Below are positions 26,280 through 37,607 of a stretch of DNA of 64,000 nt, one piece after another; within the stretch, counting starts at the first letter, position 1, and each line of letters begins with the position of its first letter. Made by a program: the position numbers and the translations under genes. Source of the stretch: Camelus dromedarius (Eukaryota); contig NC_087436.1 in the NCBI RefSeq assembly GCF_036321535.1, positions 69,442,001-69,506,000 on the forward strand. Reading direction: 5' to 3'. The notes below the pieces were generated by a model. The model was not told the DNA's origin and searched no databases. It saw only the letters and a list, made by a program, of their open reading frames with translations.

Positions 26280-28378
26280 GATGTGGCTTGACGTAGAAGA
26301 TTAGATTAGATGACAAAAATGAATTTCTCTGCTTTTTAAGCAAAAAAGAAAAACAAATTAGTTCTCAGTTTTGATTAAAATGACTGATACTCTTAAAAGC
26401 CTTCTCTCTACCAAATGATATTGGTCACGGTAGCTCCATGATGATAATTTTGTGATAATTACAGATTTAGGGGTAAAGTGTCTGACCTCTCAACCTTTGC
26501 TTTAGTTTTGGTTGTTATTCTTGCTCTCTGATCTTTTTCTTGAACTTGATCCTTCAACCCTTTCATTGCATCTTATAATTGTTAAGTTATTACTATTTAA
26601 CTGCTTAAAGCCACTGTTTAGCTCAAATCTACACTCAGGCCTGGGTACCAAAACCTCAGATAGGGCCAGAAATTACACAGAAATATAGAGATGCTAATGC
26701 TATAGGTTTTCCAATATTTAATATATTTTACAAAGGTCATTAACAACAATTAATTTTTATAGTTCCTAGTTATTAATAGATTCGATTATTGCAAAGAGAA
26801 CACTTACAAAAATACAAAGTACAAACAAATATAAGTGTAATGTTTGTTGCTACTTTAATAATATGTTTAAGAAATATTTTATGTTAATGAATCACTGAGG
26901 AAAAAAATAACAAGTAAATAAACAAACTGTGTACAATTAATATATCCAAGAGATGATGGGTAATGTTACTAGTGAATAAGAGCTATCTGAAAGGAATTGC
27001 TTCTATCAAAAGTGCTGCTCAAAAGCTAGCCAGGCTATGTGAATAACAACTGCTCTACATCTGGACTCAGCTTTTTAAAATTGCAAGTATTTAAGTCCTC
27101 ACTCTTTGTCAAACATCTTGCAAAGTGTTTTATATATGTTAATATCATTTATTTCTCACTTAAAAAAGAAAGATCCAACGAGGTAAGTCCTATAATTATT
27201 CCCACATCAAAGAAGGAACAATTGCTCAGAGGAATTGAGTAACTTGCCAAGTTCTTACAGCAAAATAAAGAAGGAACTGGTGTTAGCAGCCTTAAGGCTC
27301 TTTGCCTCCCAGTGTCTGTTGTATTAACCACTAGGATAGTTATCCCATCAGAGTGTATCATGTCCTCGTGTCAGCACCAAGTCACCTACCTATATGAACC
27401 ACAGACTGCCCCAAACATGCTGACACAGTATAAACTGCACAATATAAATTTGTGTGACCGGCACCGAAAAATGTAGGAGCAAGTCATCCCAGTAAAATAA
27501 TCTCTATGAAAACTGCATACGTATGCATGTGTCTGTGAATAAGCAGAGATGATTCTTTTTGCTTTAATAAGTCTATTGAAATTAGAAATCCTATTTGTTT
27601 TTATTGATGTCCCTTTTGAGATCTTAATTACTAAAGATAATCTGTGTGAGGCATTAACTACTTCTTTAAAACAGTTACTTTCACAAAATACCACTCGAAG
27701 CTTAGCAGAGTAATCATACCGTTCATGGGGTAGATTTCAATTCAAGGCTCTGAGCAATAGGATTCTATGGTATGCACAAACTTTCTGCCTGGTTCTGTCA
27801 ACCTGGTCCAAAATTACCTGCCAGGAGACTTATTAAAATAGTTGATCCACTAGGATAAACAATTTGTCACAGGGTACTGCTATTTCACTTGCTTTATTTA
27901 CTAGCAGGGAGTCAGATCCAGTTTTAGACAAGTAAAATGTAGTCATTTATTCAGATTATATGTGTTTATTGGGTACCTACTAGACACTGAATTCCCTACA
28001 AGGCAAAAGATGAATCAAAGAGATACTTCTCCTATCTATTTTACAATCTATCAGGGGATAAGAAAATTTCATACATAACCAGCACAAAAATCAGCATAGT
28101 ATATTAAATTCAGCTGGACATTATGAAAAGAATTTAGTTGTTAGAATTAATTAGGCCAAAAAATCTTGGCCTAACATTATGCTTCTTAAGATTTATGAGA
28201 CTCAGTTTTTCATCTGGAAAATGAAAATTAAAAACAATTTAGGATTTTTTTGTGACTATAAAATAATATAACAAAATAAATAATAAAATATTTATTAATA
28301 CATAATGAATAACTACATAATAAATACTATACAGTACATAATTATATGTACAATATATAAGATAAATGAATATTTAAA

Positions 28379-28940
28379 TGTGGGTTCTGACCAGCAGAAG
28401 TCCCAATGAGATGGAATGAATTACTTGAGACTCTGTGGAAAGTCAAGAGGTCAAGAGGGAGTCCAGGACTGACTCCAGGAGCTTCTCAAGTGCTCCCACA
28501 TTTATTGTGTACAATCAAAGGAAAACTCACTAACAGCTGTGTGATGGAATGCAGGAATTTAGGGAAAGACAGGATGGGATAGAGATTGTAGAAACCACAA
28601 TGAGTACAAAGGCTTAGTTTATCTTTAAGGAAGTCACAGGGAGACGGTAACAAGATACGTTCTTTCGATATGTTAATTACGAAGCAGACCACCAGACCAG
28701 CCAGTTCCTTGTCTTGCGGATAATAGACCATCTAAACAGCAGGCACGCCCAGCGTGGGTCTGGGTCGTTGCTTTGCAAAGAGCTGAGTGCTAGCTAAAAC
28801 CTCAACTATGCAAGAAAGGCATTGTCTCTGCTTTTTACCGCAAGCAGACCGGAGTGTGGACGCATAGGCGCCTGCTAGCAAAGCAGTTACTAAGTACATT
28901 TGTTCTTCTTAAAGCTGACAGGCCACTGGGGTCTGTTACA
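28379..28940 (-). mobile_element. LTR-like element, CpG-retaining
   Basis: Minus strand starts TGTAACAGACCCC. Internal AATAAA on the minus strand (tttatt ~28501). GC and CpG content are above the flanks. No clean TSD. Confidence 0.5.
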
Positions 28941-30431
28941 ATTTATTAACCCAATCATGGGCTCCTACATTAATTAAATAAAATAATATTGATTAAGCAA
29001 CAAGCATAGTGCCTGGAGTAAAGGACATGCTTAAAATCTATCATCTTTCTCTCCTTCCTTCTCCTTATCTTAATTAGAGAAAGTGCTAAGTGACTTCAGA
29101 TGAAATAACACAGGCAAAATAAACGTTCAGAGCTTTATGAAGCAGAGGTTGTTTTCAGTTTTTTGGGGTTGGGGCAGGGGTAAGAATAGGAAAGTCTTCA
29201 TCAGAGACATAGTGTATGACACTCATTTTGGAGTTTGAGGTATCTGGATGCTAGTGACAAGTAACATGAACGGAGAAAACCAATGTCATGTCATAAACTT
29301 TTTGATTTAAAAAAAAATCTTAGTAATGTGACAACTATTAAGAAATTTGTTAAACTATTGAGGTTAATTTTTAGATTTGTTTGTGTTTAAAAATTTAATA
29401 GAAAACTGAAAGAAAAAATTATATTGACCAAAGAGATTTAAAGAGGTTGTCAAAAAAGTTTTTTCCAATTGTCAAAAAAGTTTTTTCCAAAAATGAGGGT
29501 CTGAAACTGTGACTTTAATTATTCTGACCTTAAGATGACTGAAAAGCTAAAAGTTACTTTGCAGAAAGTTTTTGAGAGACTACAGCTAAAAATATGATTT
29601 TTATATGTATATATAGATATATATATGCAAAACCAGTTGCATTCAATGAAAAAGCTAACATATTCGAAAAGAAGCTAGAATATATAAATATTTTTATCAT
29701 AGATAATGATAATAAAAAAGTACTTTACCTAATTGCACAAAAAGGAGCAAACATAGTATTTACATTACCAAAATTGGTTATTGTTTTTACAACAGGATTT
29801 TCTTCAGAGAAACTTTAAATTTTCTTTTTTAATAAATAAATTTGACTTTACATAAAACTTATTTGGATATGTAGTATATGTGTGTGTGTATTTATTTATT
29901 TATTTAAAATAAATTGATATAAAAAATCTAGTGCAGAGTATTAAGAAAATAAAATACCCACCAAAGGATGGCATCTCCATTTTTATATGTGCTCTATGTT
30001 AAAGACCATAGTGGTCACTTGTGAAAATTAATTTTGCCTTCACCATACATCAGTATAAATCTTATTTGTTACTATATATGTCAGAACTGAGCCTTTCAAG
30101 AGGCCAATGGGCTCACATTTAGATAAAACTTTCAATTTACTTTTCTATAAAATAATTCCTTCAATATTTATAAAATTATTGTGAAGTGTAACACTGGGGC
30201 GGGGAGTGGTGGTAGAAAACCAAGGTATTTAAAAATAAAAATCAAGGTATTAAGAAAAAAAAAAAAGGCTGAAAACTATTTCAAAGGATAGTGAAACAAC
30301 CCAAAGTTAATCCACAACCTTCACAACCTTGTACTGATTGATACTTCTTTTAGAAGAAAATATAAAGTAATCCAAATGTATAGTACACATTGCTTATGTA
30401 TTTCTTATCAGGAGATTGTAAAATTTCTTAC

Positions 30432-30490
30432 CTGCAGTTTCCAGCCAGACCTTTAATAGTGCTTATTTGCCATTAGGAAGAAGTTGAACT
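30432..30490 (-). other. Candidate non-coding 5' leader exon of UGT2A1 (5' end approximate)
   Basis: Strong donor CTGCAG|GTAAGA at 30432/30431, with TATA-like CATAAATA at 30514-30521 in non-repetitive sequence. It lies ~4.1 kb upstream of the acceptor in front of the UGT2A1 coding exon. Confidence 0.55.
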
Positions 30491-32328
30491 TAGGCAGATA
30501 CTAGTTGAGTAAGTATTTATGATGAGAAATATGATCTTAATTGGAGAAAAGTTTATACAGATCATTTCACTCTTTTCATTCCCCACCCATTACGTCAAAA
30601 GCAGATTAACACTTTTGTTAAAAGTGTACCCTTCTGTTAATTCCCTGGAAACTATTTGATGTGAGTATTGCCTTTGCTGTCATGGTCTCTGCTGCTCCCC
30701 CTACCCCCATACCAACCAAGTATGTCTGGATGTATCTGAAATAATTACTGGTAATGATTAATAATCTTGGGTTAGTATTAAGAAGTAAGTAAGTTAGTAT
30801 CTCTCAAACTTAGGCAACATAAAATCATTACTATCTTTATTAATTATAAAAAGAAAATTTTAAAAATTTGAAGTGTCTTTTTTTTTTTTTTTTTTTTGCC
30901 GAGTCCTATAATGGTGATAGTAGTTTCTGTTAATTCAAATGTAAGAACTACGGCAGAACTGAATTGCTTTGTATAATGAAGAAACATCTTTGGAAAATTG
31001 TGGTGGTTTTATTGCATTTATATGTTTAATAAAGATATTAATTCAGATCATTAAAGAAGTATTTTAAAGCTGCACATTTTCATTATCTAACATTCTTGGG
31101 AATGAAAATTACAATAACATTTCTTTGTGCAATCATTTTGAAGGGGAAAATAATAACTTTTGTCTTTTTTTCATAGTGTCCCAAAAGTCATATTTGGTAA
31201 TTAAGTACTGGAACAGAACATGACAATTTATTGTTGTAATTGATACACAGATGTGGTGATAAATTCCATACTGATTATAAAAAGGGATTAGTCCCACAGA
31301 GATTCATTTGGCGTGATGACAATGGAGAGGAAACAAGAACATTGGAGGCACCAAGCAGCTCTTCAAGTTTAATTCTCTTAGACTGCCTCCTTGTGACTAT
31401 CGATAGTCTTTCTCAATTCACGAGCTCAGGTTCAAGCTAGATAAAAGAGAAACAGTTCATGTTTTATAGAAACTTTCTCCATCTTTGAATTGCTAATATA
31501 ATTTACCTATCAGCTAGAGTAAGTCTAAGCAAATATTTCAAGGCAAGCCTACAAGTAAAAATGTCTTCTGAATTCTTGTACATCTAGTAATATATTTTTC
31601 ACCTTCACACCTGGATGGCAGCATCAGTGATAACTGGCTTCTTTGATCCCCACAATTTTCACAAACTATCTATTAGATCATATTCTACTGTCTTTTTCTA
31701 ATTCTTGTGACAAAAGGCAACAATGGAACCAACAACTTTTTTTCTGCCCAAAGCCAATGTGTGTGCAGTGGTTAGTGTGTGTGTGTATGTATTTATGTTT
31801 GATTTACATTATTCTTATGAATTATTTTGTCATAATTTGTGTAGGTAATGTTGATGGAAATAATCAATGAACAATCCAAAATAGAAATAGAGAAGAGTTT
31901 CATTTGAGTCAAACTGAGAACTATAGCCCAAGAGACACAGATGCAAGAGGCACTTGAATTGTGTTCCACCTGTCTACAAAATGGGGAAGGTTTATAAAGG
32001 CAAGAACTGCAAAATTACATAAGTTGTTGTCAAGAATTATAACTGAAGTTGGCAAGAAGGGTACTTGTTAGGCAAGATTTGGTTGGTGTCTGAAATGGTT
32101 GCATTTAAAAGGGAGACCTTGAGACTAGAGGGCTGAAGTTGGCAGCTGCTAGCAGATATTGTTTTGAGGAAGAATTGTGATGTCCTTGAGTCTGATAATG
32201 TTTATAAAATTCATGTTCTCAGTGATGCAGGAATGTGTCTGAAACCATTTCTACAATGGCCAGTCAGTTCTACTTCAAATGCCTGAACCATACTTACAAC
32301 ATTTTGATTTTTAAAATGCATTCTTTTT

Positions 32329-34174
32329 TTTTTTAACATTTTTTATTGATTTATAATCATTTTACAATGTTGTGTCAAATTCCAGTGTTCAGCACAATTT
32401 TTCAGTCATACATGGACATATACACACTCATTGTCACATTTTTTTCTCTGTGAGCTACCATAAAATTTTGGGTATATTTCCCTGTGCTATACAGTATAAT
32501 CTTGTTTATCTATTCTACAATTTTGAAATCCCAGTCTATCCCTTCCCACCCTCCACCCCCCTGGTAACCACAAGTCTGTATTCTCTGTCTGTGAGTCTAT
32601 TTCTGTCCTGTATTTATGCTTTGTTCTTATTTGTTTGTTTGTTTTGTTTTTGTTTTTTAGATTCCACATAAGAGCGATCTCATATGGTATTTTTCTTTCT
32701 CTTTCTGGCTTACTTCACTTAGAATGACATTCTCCAGGACCATCCATGTTGCTGCAAAAAGCATTATGTTGTTGGTTTTTATGGCTGAGTAATATTCCAT
32801 TGTATAAATATACCACTTCTTCTTTATCCAGTCACCTGTTGATGGACATTTAGGCTGTTTCCATGTTTTGGCTATTGTAAATAGTGCTGCTATGAACATT
32901 GGGGTGCAGGTGTCATCCTGAAGTAGGGTTCCTTCTGGATACAAGACAGGAGTGGGATTCCTGGGTCATATGGTAAGTCTATTCCTAGTCTTTTGAGGAA
33001 TCTCCACACTGTTTTCCATAGTGGCTGCACAAAACTACATTCCCACCAGCAGTGTAGGAGGGTTCCCCTTTCTCCACAGCCTCTCCAGCATTTGTCATTT
33101 GTGGATTTTTGAATGACGGCCATTCTGACTGGTGTGAGGTGATACCTCATTGTAGTTTTGATTTGCATTTCTCTGATAATTAGTATATTGAGCATTTTTT
33201 CATGTGCCTTTTGATCATTTGTATGTCTTCCTTGGAGAATTGCTTGTTTAGGTCTTCTGCCCATTTTTGGATTGGGTTGTTTATTTTTTTCTTATTGAGT
33301 CGTATGAGCTGCTTATATATTCTGGAGATCAAGCCTTTGTCAGTTTCATTTGCAAAAATTTTCTCCCATTCCGTAGGTTGTCTTCTTGTTTTACTTCTGG
33401 TTTCCTTTGCTGTGCAGAAGCTTGTAAGTTTCATTAGGTCCCATTTGTTTATTCTTGCTTTTATTTCTTCTAGGAGAAAATTTTTTAAATGTATGTCAGA
33501 TAATGTTTTGCCTATGTTTTCCTCTAGGAGGTTTATTGTGTCTTGTCTTATGTTTAAGTCTTTGACCCATTTTGAGTTGATTTTTGTGTATGGTGTAAGG
33601 GAGTGTTCTAGCTTCATTGTTTAACATGCTGCTGTCCAGTTTTCCCCACACCATTTGCTGAAGAGACTGTCTTTATTCCATTGTATATACTTGCCTCCTT
33701 TGTCGAAGATGAGTTGACCAAAAGTTTGTGGGTTCATTTCTGGGCTCTCTATTCTGTTCCATTGGTCTATATGTCTGTTTTTGTACCACCCAAAGTAATA
33801 AAATATCTGGGAATAAATCTAACCAAGGAGGTGAAAGAATTATACACAGAAAACTATAAACCTTTGATGAAGGAAATTAAAGAAGACTTTAAAAAATGGA
33901 AAGATATCCCATGCTCTTGGATTGGAAGAATCAATATTGTTAAAATGGTCACACTGCCCAAGGCAATCTACAGATTTAATGCAATCCCTATCAAATTACC
34001 CAGGACATATTTCACAGAACTAGAACAAATCATAATAAAATTTATATGGGACCATCAAAGACCTAGAATTGCCAAAGCATTACTGAAGAGAAAGAAAGAG
34101 GCCGGAGGAATAACTCTCCCAGACTTCAGACAATACTATAGAGCTACAGTCATCAAGACAGCATGGTATTGGTA
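32329..34174 (-). mobile_element. Young L1 with twin-priming 5' inversion (camelid-type 3'UTR)
   Basis: Poly(T) then antisense 3'UTR/ORF2 to 33788, then sense ORF2 33789-34174 ([12 protein letters not shown]...TAWYWY). 17-bp TSD TAAAATGCATTCTTTTT at 32312-32328 and 34175-34191. Confidence 0.95.
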
Positions 34175-34247
34175 TAAAATGCATTCTTTTTAATGTTTAA
34201 AGCAGATGTACAATGTATGCTTAATGAGGCACAAACAGGCTGGTTTT

Positions 34248-34968
34248 TCTTGAAGTATAAGTGTTTCACAATATTATATGTTACAGGTGTCCAATATAGT
34301 GATTCATAATTTTTAAAAGTTATACTCCATTTGTAGTTATTATAAAATGTTGGCTATATTCCCCATGTTGTAGAATATATCCCTGTAGCCTATTTTATAC
34401 CTAACAGTTTGTACCTCTTACTCCCCTACCCCTCTATTGCCCTTCTCCCTTTCCCTCTCCCTGCTGGTAACCACTAGTTTCTTCTGTGTATCTGTGAGTC
34501 TTCTTCTTTTTTTTTTTTTTTATTATATTCACTATTTTGTTGTATTTTTTAGATTTCATATGTAAGTGGTATCATACAGTATTTTGCCTTTCTCTATGTG
34601 ACTTATTTCATTTAGCATAATGGCCTCCCAAGTCCATCCATCTTGCTGGAACACATTTCATTCTTTTTTTTATGGTTGAGTAGAATTGTTGAGAATTATC
34701 CATACTGTTTTCCACAGTGGCTGCATCATTAGATTCCCAACAGTGTAAGAGGGTTCCCTTTTCTTCATATCCTCGTCAGTGTTTGTTATTTGTGTTCTTT
34801 TGGATGATAACCATTCTGACAGATGTAAGGTGATATCTCATTGTGGTTTTGATTTGCATTCCTCTGATGATTATTGATACTGAACATCTTTTCATTTGCC
34901 TGTTGACCATCTGCACTTCCTCTTTGGAAAATGTCTATTAGATTCTTCTGCCCATTTTTTAATCAGGT
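34248..34968 (-). mobile_element. 5'-truncated L1, internally deleted
   Basis: Antisense L1 3'UTR and ORF2 end. Degenerate TSD acaaacaggctggtttt / acaaaaacaggttgtttt. Confidence 0.85.
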
Positions 34969-35169
34969 TACAAAAACAGGTTGTTTTGTTTAGCCTAAAG
35001 TTCAAGTTAAATCATATATAAGCCATAATGACTTCTCCCCAAATTCACACGGCATAAAAAGATGACACTTTTTAAAAATTACCCTTTAATCAGATTATGG
35101 TTAAACATTTGATCAGTTTCTGTACTCAGATAGCCTACATTCTACATTTAAATTCTGGCTCTGTCATTA

Positions 35170-35195
35170 AATCTATATAGATAGATGTATATTTC

Positions 35196-35243
<48 letters not shown>

Positions 35244-35604
35244 TAGAACAATTTATTTTAAGGACTAGCTCATGCAAATGTGGTAGCCTGGTAGGTACAT
35301 AATATTTTGAGTAGGACAGCAGGCTGGAGACCCGGATAGAATTGCAGTTCAAGTCCAAAAGCAGTCTGCTGGCAGAATTCTGTCTTACTTAGGCAAGGTC
35401 AGTCTTTGTTCTATTAAGGCTTTCAACTAATTGGATGAGGCTCATGCATATTATGGAGGGTTATCTGCTTTACTCAAAGTCCACAAATTTAAATGTTGAT
35501 CTCATCCAAAATACACAACATGTTTACAGAAACATCTGGAATTTTTGATCAAATATGTGGCCACTGTGGCCTAGTTAAGTTGACACATAAAATTAACTAT
35601 CACA
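35170..35604 (-). mobile_element. ERVL LTR (MLT2-like) with (GA)n
   Basis: atttattttaaggactagctcatg...aggctggagaccc...aagttgacacataaaattaactatcaca. Confidence 0.85.
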
Positions 35605-36952
35605 AAGAGAATCTCAAAGTCTTTAACAGAATGAGGGATATCTAATGAAATCAGCAGAACTGCTTAGCCCAGCACAAACTACTAACCCACAAAACTGATA
35701 GAAAACAAAATGATTGTTATTTACTAAATTTTGGAGTAAAGTTTTTCACAGCAATACATGTGATACTCATGGGAAAAAATAACTCAGATAAGAAAATATT
35801 TGATATGAATTTTACATTACTAAGACCTAACCAAAACAAAAAAGCATTTTCTAAAAATCAAGTTTATTAAAGAAAAAATTGACTTAAAAAGGATATACAT
35901 ATATTGAATGACTTCACCACTGATGGAAGAAATTTTCACATATTAAAGTATGGGGAAGTCATTCTGGCTTATATATGATTTAACTTGAACTTTAGGCTAA
36001 ACAAAACAACCCGTTTGTAACTTGATTTAAAAAATGGGCAGAAGAATCAAATAGACCTTTTTCCAAAGAGGAAATGCAGTCTTTAAATTTGTATTTCTTC
36101 AGTGATGGGATTAAATTTACCCTAAAGTAAAGTATGCTCTGAATGATTTAATTAACTTAATAGCAAGCTTCTAATGCATCAAGTTGAAAAATTATCACTA
36201 CCAGAATAAAAAAGCCGTTTACCTAAAGGAATACAGAAAAATCCAGCACTTGACAGGAAAAGTTGTGAGATATTTAATAAACCACAAATATGTGACTTTT
36301 AACATGATATACGACATCTCTTTCAATAGACAAACTCACAATAATGATACAGATTATAGAACTAGTTGACAAGGACTTTATAACAGCTATTATAAATAGC
36401 TTACCATCAAAGAGATGGTGGTAAGCATAAGTATGTGAGGAGAGAAATAAGAGATCTAAAAAGAGATCCACATCAAACTTCCCGAGATGAAGATTACAAT
36501 ACCTAGAACTAAAAATGCATTGTATGGATTTAACAGAAGATAAGGCACAGTATGGAAAAAGGAATGAATGAACTTGAAGACATATATTGATTTTTTATAT
36601 CTATTTATTTATGTTATATATTTGTAAATACAAGAAGGTGGTTAACATACACAGGTACATCTAAATGATTTTTATTTTTATCCTGTCAACAAATCCTAAT
36701 AATTTAGACTCATCATACCTAGTCAGTGTTATCAGCTACCATCCTCATGGGGGCAGCATATCTTAAGGCCAGATAAACTACATGGGAAGAAGCCATGCCT
36801 GAGATCTGCTTTAACCTAAGATTAACTTTCACATCTGTCAAGTGATACACATTTGTCTGTTATGGTTTTGAAAGTGTTTTTACAAATAGCTTGTTGTTAA
36901 ATCCTCACAAAAGTTCTGTGACCTTCATTTTATAAAGAAATGAAGGTCAGAG

Positions 36953-37607
36953 TGTTGCTGATCCAGGTCTGTCCACCCCTTGCACAGCAAGCTAAATGCT
37001 GAGACCCGGAGGTTTGCGGCAGAGAAGGGGTTTATACGTAGATAGCCAATCCAGAAGGTGGGTGAACAAGTCTCAAATAAGTCTCCCCAAAGTCAAGGAA
37101 CTGAGGATTTTTATGGGCTAGAGAAGCAGGGTGGTTGGAGGTGAAAGGGAAGGTGACTGGAGGCAGGGAAAGGTGAGGTAATCGCTGCTCTGCACAGACT
37201 TAGATCTGAGTTACAAGCATCCTCTTGGGACTCGTGTTCAGAATACCAGGGCATTAACATTATCTGAAGGTGGAAGTCCTGGCCCTTTGAAATCAAAAGG
37301 TCATCCATCAGACACTGACCCAGGTCAGTTTAATGGTCAGTGGTGTCATGTGGTTTGAACTGAGCAAGACTATGTTCCAGAAAAACACCTTAAGGGGCAG
37401 TTACTATAGTAACTCATACGTCAGAGGTGTTAACTACAGGGAGCGCTAAAGGAATCTTGTGATATATTATCTAAGGTATGTGAAACTCGCAGGGTATGCA
37501 ATTTTTAAGAACAAAGCAAACTTGGTCAATGAAGGCAAGTTACAACACATTATTTATTAAGCAAGTTATAGTTTAAGAGATCTAACTGATGACTACCTTC
37601 GGTTTCA
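36953..37607 (-). mobile_element. Solo LTR, ERV1 class, inserted in a MIR
   Basis: TG...CA termini, near-TSD AGAG/AAAG, and the MIR core is interrupted. Confidence 0.7.

Larger units (their letters stand above)
31849..35048 (-). mobile_element. ERV1-like solo LTR split by two nested L1 insertions
   Basis: LTR-like pieces at ~31849-32311, ~34192-34247 and ~34970-35048 become contiguous once the L1s and their TSDs are removed. Confidence 0.55.

Noticed and set aside
28151..28174. Short perfect hairpins (also ~10330-10350, ~21795-21816)
   Set aside because: Stems of 8-9 bp are expected by chance in 64 kb of AT-rich DNA, with no miRNA-length stem.
32487..34193. ORFs of 60-170 aa
   Set aside because: Fragments of L1 ORF2/3'UTR or their antisense shadows.
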